This document shows positions 48,282-61,500 of a stretch of 64,000 nucleotides of DNA, piece after piece. Under the pieces are notes generated by a model that had not been told where the DNA came from, did not search any database, and saw nothing but the letters and a program-made list of their open reading frames with translations. The stretch lies in assembly GCF_000315625.1 (NCBI RefSeq), contig NW_005434589.1:13330-77329 (forward strand), read 5' to 3'. Numbering within the stretch: position 1 is the first letter of the stretch; each line of letters opens with the position of its first letter. Origin of the DNA: Guillardia theta CCMP2712. Its lineage: Eukaryota; Protista; Cryptophyta. The position numbers and the translations under genes are program-made.

Positions 48282-48360
48282 TGTAGAGCATCGGGGTACG
48301 ATGAGGCGGACTTGCAAAGCTTTTTTGGATGCGGCATGGTCGGGGGTAGATCAGCGGAGG

Positions 48361-50017
48361 ATGAAGGGCAGTAGGCGGGGCCTGGCGCTTGCTTGCTTCA
48401 TGGCGACCATGTCGAGCATTGAAAACTTGAGCGTCGAACAGCTCCACAAGATCAACACGTGGAAGAAGTTCGTCGACGAGCGGCCATGGAGCGCGGTTTG
48501 GGACTTCTACGAAGGAACCATCCTGGACGAGGCAAGCCTCTCCCTTGGCGCGGGGAGGGAGGGGAGATGACGTTGGGGCAGAGGAAGATGAAGTCGAACG
48601 CCTTCCCCGTCGACCCCGTGGGCTGCGATCTCTCACTGTGGAGGTGGAAGCTAGAGAATCCGGATGGGAGGCCCCGGTCAAGTCCCGAGCCGTTGCTCCT
48701 TTGGTTCTGTTCCTGACTCGCGGCTGCAGAAACGACAGAAGAACGTACGTGATGCAAGTATCCTACCTCGGAACAGACTTCTCTGCAGTTCAACGATGCC
48801 CAGGTACCGCCTCCTCTGCTTTGCTTGACCTCAGCACAAGGGCACCAGGGGTTCGGACCGTGCAAGAGGAAGTTGAGAAGGTGCTCGAGAGTATCTTCAC
48901 CAACTACAGCACGAGGCCTCATAGCCTGGTAGTGCATCAAGCTTCTCCTTTCGACCCCTCACCTCCCCTCAGGTGCTCGCAGGGCGGACAGATTCTGGCG
49001 TGCATGCGTACGCACAGGTTTGCCGGGGAGGACAGGGAGGGAAGCAAGGTGATGGGGCAGCAGATGTTCTCATTTCATTGCTGGGATGCGATCAAGACCT
49101 GCCAGCTAGTGGAGGACATGAAGTGAGTGAGAGCTCCGCATCCTCCGCCATCTGTTGAGGTTGACGTGCCCGCAGCTCGAGGCTGCCGCGGGACGTGCGG
49201 GTTGTGATGATGGAACAAGTTGCGAGAGGATGGCCCTGTGGAAAGTTGTTAACTCACCATCAACCAGATGCCCAGGTCCTTTCATGCCAACTTTGCAGCC
49301 ACCTGGAGGAAATATTGCTACGTCTTCCCGCTGCAGGAGATCGGAGCAGGACGGTTCGATGTGGAAGCGGAAGAAGTAGATAGCATGTTGAGGGGTCTGG
49401 AGGGGAGGAGGAGGCATTACAACTCGTTCTCGTACAAGGTATGCACGTTACAAGTCTCTCTATCTCCTGATGGACCCCTGCCAGGAGCACAAGGCGCTCC
49501 AGAGCAACTCCGATGCGGACGTCTGCTGCATTCTGCGAGGCAGAGCTTTCAACTTTCACCTCTCCGACCAAACGGCAGGCTTTTTTCTCCCGCCTTTTCT
49601 ATCACGTTGAGTTGCTCCAGGTGCTGGTCGTCGAGCTGACAGCCAACAGGTTTCTCAGGAGGATGGTGAGAAGTTTGTGCCTCCTCCCCAAACTGACGGT
49701 CTGCTTGGACTTCAGGTGCGGAAGCTAGTGGCTACAGCCATTCGGGCAGCCGCTTTTCCAGAAGAAGAGAATTCTTTCACGTGGGGGATGACTTTTTTTG
49801 TCTTGACAACTTCTGATGCTGCCATGTCGCAGGAAGATTCTTGAGGCGTGCGACAGCTCTCGCTCTGCTCCTCCTCTCCCAAGGTCCTGCAGGCCTTCAA
49901 GCGATCGGGTCAATGTTTCCTGACTGGGACCGCAGCATCGGCCTCTGCCTAGTGGGAGTAGGATACGACGACTACGACAAGAAGAGAGGAGGTGCTGCCA
50001 TCCACTCGCTAGCCTGA
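48361..50017 (+). CDS. tRNA pseudouridine synthase, TruA family (multi-exon)
   Basis: VSYLGTDF, RTVQEEVE, catalytic AGRTDSGVHA, FHANFAATWRKYCY, ANRFLRRM|VRKLV, GLCLVGVGY. Confidence 0.9.
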
Positions 50018-50049
50018 CGGAGCAGCAGCGGAGGGGTTGAGTGCTTCCT

Positions 50050-51816
50050 TCATGTATCAGAGAGCGCTAACGACAACTTGGCTATCCTCCCTCGCAGCGA
50101 ATCCACCCGGGCCGTGAGGGGGCTGGTCACATCCGGGATGTTCACAGACACTTCTTGCAGCGGCCTGCTCTGTCGGAGCGACTTGATCGACTTCGTGGTC
50201 GGGCTACGAGGAGAGGAACGATGTCCTGCTGACTGAGGATCGGCGCATCCCTTCTCCCACTCCTGGAACAGCTCGTGCGCTCTTTGCATATCCTTTGGGA
50301 GGCCCTCGCCCTGTTTAGGATCAGCGCAGCTGCCAGTGTTGCCTCCTGCTCCCCCTCCTCACCTGCGCGTACATGGTTGCCAGCTGATACTTTGCCAGCA
50401 CGTGATCTCCCTTCAGCGCAGCCTGAGGAGCAAGAAACCCTTTCACCAACATGGCCTAGTTTCAATCCAACTGACCTGCAGCCACCTCACAGCCTCCCTG
50501 ATGCTCCTTTGGTGAAAATTCTCGTCTTCTGGTCTCACGTCAGCGAGGGACTGAGGTCATGCCTCTGACTCACCTTGCCCTCCCTTCGGCTCTGACAGAT
50601 CTGAAATAATCAACAATCAAGAAGTTGGCAAACGAAGGGCAACAATGGTTTACAAGCTCTTTCACTGTAGTACATCATCCCCAGTTGATACGCTGCCTCC
50701 GAGCTCCCAGCCTTCTCAAAACGTTTCAAAGATTCTCAGCATGAGGTCTCAACTCCACCTCAGCTGCACAAGTGAAGAAGTTTTGCGCCTTGGCATCGTC
50801 GGGTGGCTGCAACCCATTAGCTGGAAGGCAGGAGAGGGCGGGGGGACTACCTGGCTCTCTAGGTACTTGATCCCGACTTGCACGCAGCATTCTTCCGATC
50901 TGCCATCTTCACGTCACAACTGCAATGATGCAGAGTGACACGGTGTTCCGCTCACCCGTGCAGTGCAGCTGCTTCATAATACATCATCGACCTTTCGACG
51001 TCTATCTCATACCCATCACTGCCGTACCTGAAGAAATATGTCAGGCGCTTTCAGGAAGGGGTGAGGTAGAATGATAAAGCTCTAGAACAAAGGAAGACAC
51101 AAACAAAATGGCCGAGATCCTAAGGGGCAGCAGCTGGGAGTAGAGGTGGCGTTGAGTAGCAAGGAAAGCAAGCCCGAGGAAAGAGGAGGATGCCAGGCTT
51201 GCAGGGGTAGTGTAGGATCATAAAATACGCAGAACTTGTCAAAGGCGAGGTCAATTTCCTCATTTTATGGAGAGGGCTTACTTGTATGCATCACCAAGCT
51301 TCTTCATTTCGTCCGCAAAACCTGGTATGCTTCCAAAAATCCTGACAGGGGTCGTTAGACCGCAGCGGCAGGTTGCCATTTCAGACTTGTTCGAAAACGA
51401 AGAGACTCTGTGAAATTCTTCAGGATCAGAAGTAGGACGACTTGTGAGCAGCTTCTGTCTTTCGGTCTTTAAACTTTAAGGTGTCAAAACCAAAACAGCA
51501 CCATTTGAAGGGCATACCGAGATATCTCTAGTTCATAACCCTGTACCATGGAGGATATACAGTGTTGCAACTCATCGACCAACGCTTCCAGCTTCTGGCA
51601 CCGTGGACATTTTCTTGCGATTGTCTCCACATCCTCGTCGCATGCCCCATGCTCTGATTGCATCCACGAGCCTCCCAGCAGGGGAGCTTGCATAGGAGAA
51701 TGCGGGCGTCCGAATGAGAGAAATCTGCTCTTAGTTGGGCTACTCAATCTCTCACGCTCATTTCCCTGTAGAAATCTGGATCCCTTCTCTTCCTGCTCCT
51801 GCTCCTGCTCCTGCTG

Positions 51817-51848
<32 letters not shown>

Positions 51849-51962
51849 CCCCGCGTCGGCAAAGCTCTGCAGTCGCCCTGGTCCCCGCCATTTCGCCACT
51901 AGCGACGGGGGCAGCTGTAACTTTCCGTGCAATTTCACACTAATTTCTCTTGCTGCCCCCAT
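50050..51962 (-). CDS. Hypothetical multi-exon protein
   Basis: Chain of ORF pieces bounded by GT-AG sites (CPRCQKLEALVDELQHC, RVDSLRGRIAKLSLALSDT*). No family recognised. Confidence 0.45.
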
Positions 51963-52583
51963 TTTTCAAGGCTGCGATGATTGCAAACCCGCCTCGCGAA
52001 GAAAAATCGCCTGAGGCGATGTATGGTGCAAAGGATTATTTTAAAACTCCCTCAAGTAGGTAGGACCGAATCCTAGGCAGATAAGAAACTACTATGGTTT
52101 CTTACGATGCAACCCCTTCATTTGCCTTGAATTATACAGGTGGGGGTGGAAGAAATCTAGGGGAATCTGGTTTTAGTAGTTTTTAAAATGCAATACATGA
52201 AGCTAATTAAGTAATGCTTTTGGACCTCCTGGTACTGATCTCATTCCATGCAGGGTTTTTTTAAAATTTTGTTCACCCTACCCCACCCCCTGATTTAACA
52301 TGACACATTATACCTTTGACCGGGCAAGAGGTCACTGGGGGTACAGGAAGAGGAAAATCGTATAGGAGGCTCTAGTAATTTCCCCGTCCTTTGGCACCAT
52401 CGCACTAGCCTGTACTAGGGCATAACCCCACCCCCTGTTCCATTGCGACATTCAGACCTTCGATGCGCAGCGCAGCAACTTAGCACAAGCCGCTCGTTTC
52501 CCTCCTTCTTTCTTCGACCATCTCGTCGGGAACTTCTCCTTGTATTCCCTTGAGTTTCTCTCCTGCTGGATCGATCAACGTTC

Positions 52584-53717
52584 ATGTCGGAGGTTCTGGA
52601 AATAGGCCATGGCTTGCCCATTGGTAATGCTGAACCTACTCCTGAAGAGGAACGCCTTAAAGTTCTGCACATGTTAAATGTAGCTTCTCCTTGATCCACA
52701 ACATGCTGGATATTGATCATTGAATGTATACAGATCAAAGACTTCCCCTTGGACCCCGAGTGTGACAGGTGAGTGATGCAATCACTCTTTAGTCTGAATT
52801 CAACACTGAATGCATTTACTTTGAAGAATCACTGAACTCGTGAGCTGGATGTTCCACAAGCCCGTTGCATTCATTAGTTTCGTGGATAGCGATGAAGTTT
52901 GGATCAAGTCTGCTGTAGGGCTCAATGGGGCGGTACGTATGCCAAGGTCGCAAGCCCTGTGTAGCTTGACCATCACCAGCGACCAACCTCTCATCGTTGA
53001 GGACATAGCACTCGATCATCGGTTTGGAGGCAACATCATCAGAATGGATGGGACCGTCATGCGATTCTACTGCGGATTTCCTATAGATGTTGAATTTTCA
53101 GGGCAGCGATTCAGAGTTGGAAGTTTGACAACCATGGACGATAAGCCCTACTCGTTGCAAGCGCACGAAGTCCATATGTTGGAGGGACTCGCTTCTCGCA
53201 TTTCCAAAATGTTACAGACCCGAATTTCTGCCTTCCAGCTTCAATCAGCACAGACAACTGTATCTGATGGGAGTGGAATGGAAAGCCTGGAGTCTGAAGT
53301 CGGTTCTTACATACAACTTGATGTCAATCATGGGCACTGGACAAATGCGTCCCTTCCAACATCCTGGGACAAGTGTAATAAGTAAGTGTCAGGTTTGCGT
53401 TTCTACGCAAACTTTCTTCATTGGCTGTATAATTGAATGACGGGCTGACTTGTCAGGTTTGAAGATATTTGGCAAAACCAGGGATTTCAGGTAAGGCCAC
53501 AACTGTACTGCGAAAAGGCACTGCCGAAACAAGATGGTCACACACTCCTCCTTTTGCAGGTTGCGATGCTCAAATTTCATCAAAGCTCAACTGTTGTGTA
53601 CACTTGAAGTTGATACCTTGCCTGACATTGTATGATGCAGGAGAGATACGAAGAATCAATGCAGCTGAAACCCAAGGGAAAATCGATTGCGGGGGCGAGC
53701 GAAGGCGAGAGTGCTGA
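52584..53717 (+). CDS. GAF-domain protein (multi-exon)
   Basis: EEERLKVLHML|..DPECDR|ITELVSWMFHKPVAFISFVDSDEVWIKSAVG..SQALCSLTI..LIVEDIALDHRF..RFYCGFPI..VGSLTTMDDKP, the common sensory GAF signature. 3' end approximate. Confidence 0.85.
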
Positions 53718-55567
53718 TGAATTCATCGACTGGAATATGGGAACTGGTGAACCGACTGAGTTCAGGGGAAGGCAAAGCATGGACATTGAGTTGTGAACTT
53801 ATTTGTCAAGAGTTCCGGCTCAGCGACTCCGAAATCAAATCTCAGTTGGCATCATCCTTTTCTGTACAATACCGGACTGCTTTGAACTGTTGAACTGCAC
53901 TGATGCTTGTACATGTGGAATTGAAATGACTGATGAATATGATAGAAAGCAGTTAATCTTTTACTATTGACTTGAGGAGTCACCCAATCACCACTTGAAG
54001 TTCGGCCCGGACCGGGACCGTCAAGCCTGCCACTCTGACGGTTCGAAGCTTACACCGCCGTCAGACGGTGGCCAGATGGTTGATCAATGGTCCCGGCCGC
54101 GGGCGATCACAGGCAGTGAGCCGCCGCTGAGCGTCACTGGCATGGTCCCGGGCTGAGTCCGGGGCCGCCAAACTGATCGGATCATCAGCAGCCTGCAGTG
54201 AGCGGCTGCCGGGCCGGGCCGGGCCGGGCCCAGCCTCACCGGCTGAGTATACGCGGCCGCCCGGGGCGGCGGCCGCGCGGAGCCTCACTGAGTCAAACGG
54301 CTCGGAGTTGCATTCAGCCGCTGCGGCCATCACTGCCGGTTAGGCCGTTAACTGAGTCAAGTTCCAAGTTCATAAAATTGACTACTAGGCTAAAGGCCGG
54401 GCGAACTACGACTACTAGGCTAGGAACCTACTAGGCTACTACCGTAAGTCACGACTCAGTAGTCGCTTCAGCGGCTGGACGGATATACTTGACAGAGGTG
54501 GCGTGTGTAGTAAGAAGCAAGGTTAGTGGGATACTTGGAGATTTAAAAATCTTTTCACCCGAGACTCGAGTAGGCTCATATCCCCGTATAGCATGATAGT
54601 GCCTTCTTGGGAACTTGCCAGTACCGTGGAACTTTTGATCAACACAATAGTACCAGTAATCAAAGAGTCTCATCACCATAGAGCTGAACGTGACGTTGTG
54701 GGCGTGTTATAAGACGTTACATGTTATGTATAATTTATGAAGATCTCAGCTGGTTTTATCATTCAAATAACATATTTATATATAAAAGTTCATAATGAGC
54801 ACTAAAATGTCCCGCTGCGAACCGGCAAGTACCTGAACCAGAGCCCCAGGTGTTACTGACCATGGGTAGGGGGTGGGGAGATTGAATCTCCAAGGGGGTA
54901 GGGGTACTTCAGTACCCCTCAAGAACTCTTGCACAATCCTGTGCTCATGTGAACGAAGTGACTCATTATTAGATGCGACCTTTCGAATCATGGGTGGGGT
55001 CCTTTGGTTGTTGAGATGAGGTGGGGTAGTACATTGAGTAAAGTAGCCTTCGTAGGTTGCGGTGGGGATCTAACATGCAGATTTTAAAAAAAACTCTGAA
55101 TGGGGTGGGGGTACTGTTGGTGGCCTTATCTGTTGATTAATAGGGGGTGATAGATAGTAAATATCAGGGTAGGGGTACCTGAACACTGGGTTAGGACCTT
55201 CCAACAAAATCGCTGCAGGATATCCGTTTGTAGTAGGGGTCCTTACATACGGAGAATGAGGGGTAGTATAAGTGAACAGACGGAAGTTGGAGAGTGTAAT
55301 GGAGCGAAGGGGAAAGTCAATGGTAGGTCGGACAGAGAAGAATTGAGCAAGCAAGCGGAAAGCTGAAGAAAGGTTGGGACAAGGTAGAAAACATTGCAAA
55401 GCCTCTTTGAGACGTGAGTCCTTCGGCCTTCACTGGAAAACTTGACCTCGTTCTAGCAAGGGAGCGAGTTCGAGTGTTTCGAGTTCCGCTTTGTACTTTG
55501 GAAGATTCTTGTAGTCATTGAGGGGTTGGAACTGCTGTTCGAGTATTTGAGGTAGATCTGTCAAAGA

Positions 55568-58500
55568 ATGGAGGACGACAACCACACTGGCGACCCGTTG
55601 AATGGTCAAGATCTACCGAAGTCAGACGATTCCGACTCGAATCGTAGCACTCGATCGCACGTCACGATTTCCACGTCTATCCTCAAGAACAAGAACCACA
55701 TGCTGCTGCTACCTGGACAGACAGTATCGACGACGGCTAAGGACAATGAAGAAGAAAATCCGTTGGCTTTGACCATATTTCCCTTGTCGACATCTGAAAG
55801 CAAGAAGGTTGATCAACAAAAAGCAGAAAGCGTTGACATGAAGAAAGAGCAAAGCGAAGCTTCCTCGTCAAAACTGAAGATGATTCGAATCACAAGCTTC
55901 TTTGAGAAGAGTTCAAAAGACCCTGAACCCATTCTCGTCACATCAAAGAGAAAGAATTTGAAACCTGAAGATAGCGAGGGCAAGCATGTCCACTTCAAGA
56001 TCCCCAAGGGCAACAACATGGGTCGATTTCACTTGTTTCATCACAGATCTAAGTTTCTTGTGAGATGGCATAATATTATGTTGCTACCTCTATCATACGA
56101 GCCATGGGCTTACCCTTTCCGTCTTGCATTTTGCAATCCGGGATTGGGGCTGCACTCAACGATTCGAATTCTACCGTTTGATCTGGCCTTCGACGGGATG
56201 TTCCTTATGGACACTATCATACGTCTGTTCACTGTAGTGCCTGCAGGAACATATCCTGAGCAAGACTTTGAAATCGATAGATTCGAGATGATCTTGATCA
56301 ATTACATGTATCATGACTTCGCCATCCAGTGGCTACCTGTCATTGCCTTCTACGTGAGTTATCCCTTGTATGTGCAAGCTTCATGTCTTGATTGATTGTT
56401 GCAGATCGTCGACTTCAGCATTCCAAACGATCTCAGGTGGATGATAATTTGGTGGATCGCCGCTATCCCACGGCTGATAGTCCGGACCATGAGACTCTGG
56501 AGATATTTCAAAGCAATGACCATCAACCTTGACAACGATGTCCAGAAGTTGCAGTCCTTCAAGGTTGGCCTGGTTGTTCTTCTCTCGTCTCACTGGGTCG
56601 GATGCATCTTCTACTGGATTGCAAGGATTCAAAAATTCGCTCCTGATACTTGGGTAAAATTTACTTGTGTGGTCGGAGTATTGTTTGTTCTGATTCCAGC
56701 GTTTAGATCTATCACTTTGAGGAAATTGTTCCTCTTTTTGATCTCCATGCCAACATACCTGTGAATGATTACATTTTGTGCTTGTAAGTATCAACACTTG
56801 GCCTGCATTGCATCAGGGTCATATGATTCATGTGTGATTGCACAGGTACAAGGGTTTGAATGCACTATCTACACTTGGATACGATGTTGGTCTGCCCAAC
56901 AACCTGGCGGAGATTCTTGGCGCTCTTCTAGTGATGATCTTACAAGTGCGATCCTCCTCGTTTGCCTCATGGTTCTCACCTTACATGCCCCTCAGATCTA
57001 CCTGCAAGGTTTGATCCTCGGAACTCTGCTCAACTACCTAGTCAAGAGAAACCCGACCGAGGAGGCGCACAAAGAGCACATTGCTCAAGTCACGCAATTT
57101 CTTACGGCCAAGTTGGTGCCGGACGAGCTTCGAGAGAATGTCATCGCCTACTTCGAGTTCCAGTACAAGAAGAACATGCAGAACCAGGCGCAGAGCTTGA
57201 TCAAGCTCCCCCGCTCTCTCAAGATCAAAGTAGCGGACGCCAACTACAGCGGGCTGATTGAAAAGTGTGCTCAGCGAGGAAAACCGATGCAAGGTTGCAA
57301 TGGGCAATTTCTTCACGTGCGATATGCTCTTTTCTTGATCCCTTTGCTCATACTCCTCGCAGGCGTTCATGACCAAACTGCGTCCTGTGTATTGCATGCC
57401 GGGCGAAGCGATCGTGCAGAGAGATGAGGTGAGTTGAAAACATCAGACGTCTTGTTCTCTTAGATGGATGCCAGATTGCAAGAGAGCTGTACCTCGTACA
57501 AGAGGGCATAGTTCACATCTTCGACGATGAGGATAAAATGATCGGAGTGATCAGGAGCGACGTCCCTGACATGGCGCCCCTCGTGGGAGAGGTTTGGCAC
57601 GTAGGAGAGGTCGAGCGAGTCTCATTGCTGCATCCAGGTTGCCTTCTTTCTCGGCATCAACTACGTCACCACCATCAAGGCCAGACTGGACGGGGACGTG
57701 CAGCTGCTGGTCCTGAAGAAGGAGGACAGCATTGAGATCTTCAATAACTACCCGGAGGAGCAGCTGGTGATCAACGACAACATCCTTAGGACCTTCGACC
57801 TCGACATTGACGGTCTGCCCATCAGCGGGAGCGAAGAGGACGCAAACGACAAGCTCAAGATGGAGACTAAGAACAGGATCACGGACTCCCTCAAGCTCAG
57901 GTCCCAGCAGAGGTTCTACTCCCTCTGCAGCTCGGTTGCAGCTGGGGATGCCGACACTGTCAAGATGCTGATCCGCCAGGGTGCAGATCTCAACGAAACT
58001 GATTACGACAAGCGAACTGTCCTCCACATGGCGTGTGCGGAAGGAAACTACAAGATTGTCGAGGTGAGATGAAACTTTCACATGCTCGCATCTCAAGAAT
58101 GACTGCGAGCACAGATGCTACTGAACTATGGGGCAGACAAGAATTGTAAAGATCGCTGGGGCAACACCCCCTTGCAGGAGGCGATCAATAACAAGCATGC
58201 TACTGTCATCAGCCTCCTGACCCAGTGGAAGGCAGAGCTGGGCCTCGACAGCGCGGCCTTTGCGCTGTGCGCTGCAGCTGGGGTCGGAGACATGCAGCAG
58301 GTCAAACGGCTCATCGAAAACGGCGTCGACCCCAACCTGGGCGATTATGACTTCAGGACAGCCCTGCATGCCGCCAGCACTTCTGGACACGACAAGGTGG
58401 TAGAGTACCTGCTGAGCCAGAAGGCCAACCCGAACCCAGCAGACAGGTGGAAGGGAACTCCTCTGCAGGACGCGCTGCTGAACGGGAACGCGCTGGTGGC

Positions 58501-61500
58501 GGCTCTGCTCAAGGCAAAGGGAGGGCTGATGCCCGAGGACGTGGGAGTGGAGGAGATGTGTACTGCCACGAGCAAGGGAGACGTGAGGAAGATGAGGCTG
58601 ATGCACGACTACGGGATCCCTACTGACGTCGGTGACTACGACCATCGATATCCTCGTGAGTGATTGAGGAGGAGGGGAGAAAGATAGAAATATGCTAGGG
58701 AGGAGGGGTGGAGACAGCGGAGGGAGGAGAGGAGATGCTGGTGACGAGATTGTACACAGTCCATCTGGCGGCAGCAGAAGCAAGAGTCCTTGCGGTCAGC
58801 TTCCTCCTTGGAGTCAGCGCAGACCCGTGCAGCAAGGATCGATGGGAGGGAACGCCGCTGGACGACGCGCTCAGAGGAGGAACTCTCTACCACCACTACT
58901 GCGGCAAGCTCATCCAAGGTCCTCCGCTCCTCTCCTCTGTCGCTGATCCTCCTCTTCTTCTGTCGCTGAAGCTCTGTTCCAGGATGGGGAGGCGAGCTGG
59001 GGATTTACAAGGACACCGAGGAGGGGAGGAAGTTTTTGACAGCGCTGGACGAGATCTCGATCCAGGAGGTGAGAGTGCTGATCAAGAGGTTGATAGACAA
59101 GGGCTTCGACAAGACCTCCCCCAACAGGCAGAGCGAGGAGGACATCAAGGTCACCTTCGGGGCCAGTGTAGAGCACCTTTCAGTGGCGCATGAGCTCAAG
59201 GCGGAGGTGGGCAAGACGTCGGAGAAGCTGGAGGCGATCTCCAGCAAGATGCAGTCGTCCCTTGAAGACCTCAAGGCGGTGCTGGAGCAGCTGCTGGACC
59301 CTCCCAAGGCCCAGCAGAAGCTCCAGAGATCGCACTCGGAGGTCCAGACGCACACGACGTCCCAGGAGGACCTCGGGCTCTACCACGGTTGGGACTGGAA
59401 GCAGAACCAGGAGGCGAGCAGGAGGCAAACCAACCACGTGCCATCGCTGAAGACGAGCAAAAGAAAGTCGTCCTCCTTCGACCTCGTCAGCATCTGCCAA
59501 CTGCCAAGCAAGGTGCTCAAGGAATGCAGGCACATGCTCGAAGACGTGGACTACAGGGTCGATGAGGACCCTGCCTTCGAGCTCGACGGTGCGCTGGACT
59601 CGGACGAGGAGATGGCGCTGTACGAGGAGCTGGACGAGCTGCTGGAGGCGCAGGAGAGGACGTTCAAGCAGGGCGTGAGGTGGGAGAAGCTGTCGGCCGG
59701 GATCTTTCGGAGGATCGCGCTGAGGATCGTGGAGAACGAGATTTCCTTCGGCATCTTTCTGCGCCTCTTCGACAATGCGTCAAGAGACCCCTACGTCGCG
59801 CCCTCTGACCTCACCCGCGCCCTTGAGAGCCTGGGGGTCCCGCAAGGGTTCGAGCTAGACGACATCTACACGGAGGTAGAGAAGTTGGAGAAGGACAGCA
59901 GCCGAGCTCCGCCGCACTCCCACGAGGTTGTTTCCCATCACCCGCACAGCAAGGTCTACCCCCTCTCCATGTTGGTGGCAAGCAGCGCAAGGCTGAGGAG
60001 GATGATCATAGAGCTGGAGGTAGACGACGTGCTCTGCCTGCTGATGAACTCTTCCCTGTCTCAAGTGTTCTCCGAGGAGACGGCAAGGAGCATACTGGCC
60101 AAGAGCTTCATCCGGAGCTACACGGAAGGCCAGCTGATCCTCAAGGGAAGCAACGACAAGAACAAGCATCTCATCGTGGTGCTTAGCGGAGAAATCCTTC
60201 CCTCCTGGGACTGCAAGGAGGGTCTGGGCGAGCTGGAAATGGAGGTGCTGGACAGTCCAGCTGAGGTCCAGGTGGGCTGGAGCAAGAAGGGTGAGGATAA
60301 GGAGTTTGAGCAGCTGCAGCTAGGGCAGGGCAACTACTTCGGGTCGTACCAGGCGATCACTGGGAAGGGATCCTGCCTGACTGTGAAGTCCAGGAAGATC
60401 ACGAGCTTGCTCTACATACCCATCAAGGACTTGCTGCACCTGCTAGTTGCCAAGAGCGAGGAGGAGCAGAAGAACTTCCTCTCTTACTCCGTTGAGTCCA
60501 TCCTGAACCCCGACCCCACCCTCGACATCCATTGCGAGATCCACTACGACAACGTCCCCTCGATCTCGAGGACGCACTCCAGCGCGGAGCTGCAGCATGA
60601 CTCGAAGATCCAGCTGCAGCACAAGATGAAGTCGATGGGAAACGTGCTGTTCAGCAGCAAGTTGGAGCACGAAGGCAGCACGAGGAGGATGCCCATCACT
60701 GTGCCGGAGACTGACAGGCAGAAACTTCGGGACTTGTTCAAGGGCATCGACGAGCTGTGGAAGGCCATGTCGTTGGGGTCCAAGAGCGTTCAATCCTCAC
60801 AGGCAAGAACGATCGAGAACTACACGGGAGAGTCTGGAGCCGCTTGCTTCAGGGAGGTGTTCCACACGCTGTGGGAGGAGGGGGAGGCCAAGGAGGTTCT
60901 GAACAGCCAGCACTACTGGTTGTCGTGGGTCGAGTTCTTGAGAGGAGACGCGTTGAGAGGAGAAGAGGCGCAGCCCGAGGAGGCAGCGAGCACCGAGCAT
61001 GCCGGGAGCTCTTCGTTCCTCAGGGCAACACGGTGGGGCCGCTTCGACAGGCTGCGGGGGATGTTCGTGTGGAACAGAAGGCTGAGCGAGGAGTTTCTCA
61101 AGGCAGATCTCAAGGTGTGGGAAGGAGAGTTCATCAAGGTGACAGGCGGAGTTGACAAGCCCCTGCTGTCCTCCGATGTCAGGAGGTTCATCAAAGCGGT
61201 CATGGTCGATTATCCTCATCGGATCACCAACTACAACTGTGAGGAGTTTGTTCTGCTCTTCGCCAAGGACAACGTCACAGACCCCAAGATACAGTGGCAG
61301 GAGGTCATCAAGGTGTGTTCAAACCTGTAACTGTTGTTCGCACTCTGTTTCTTCCAGTCACATGTTTTCATCATATTTCTCCCTTTACCTCCTGACTTCT
61401 CGCAGGTCGTCCGAGAGTCCAAGAGCTGCGTGGATCGCAACGACATCTTCATCCGCACCGCCATCAACCCCTACACGCCCTCCTTCGCTCTCTGGAACCT

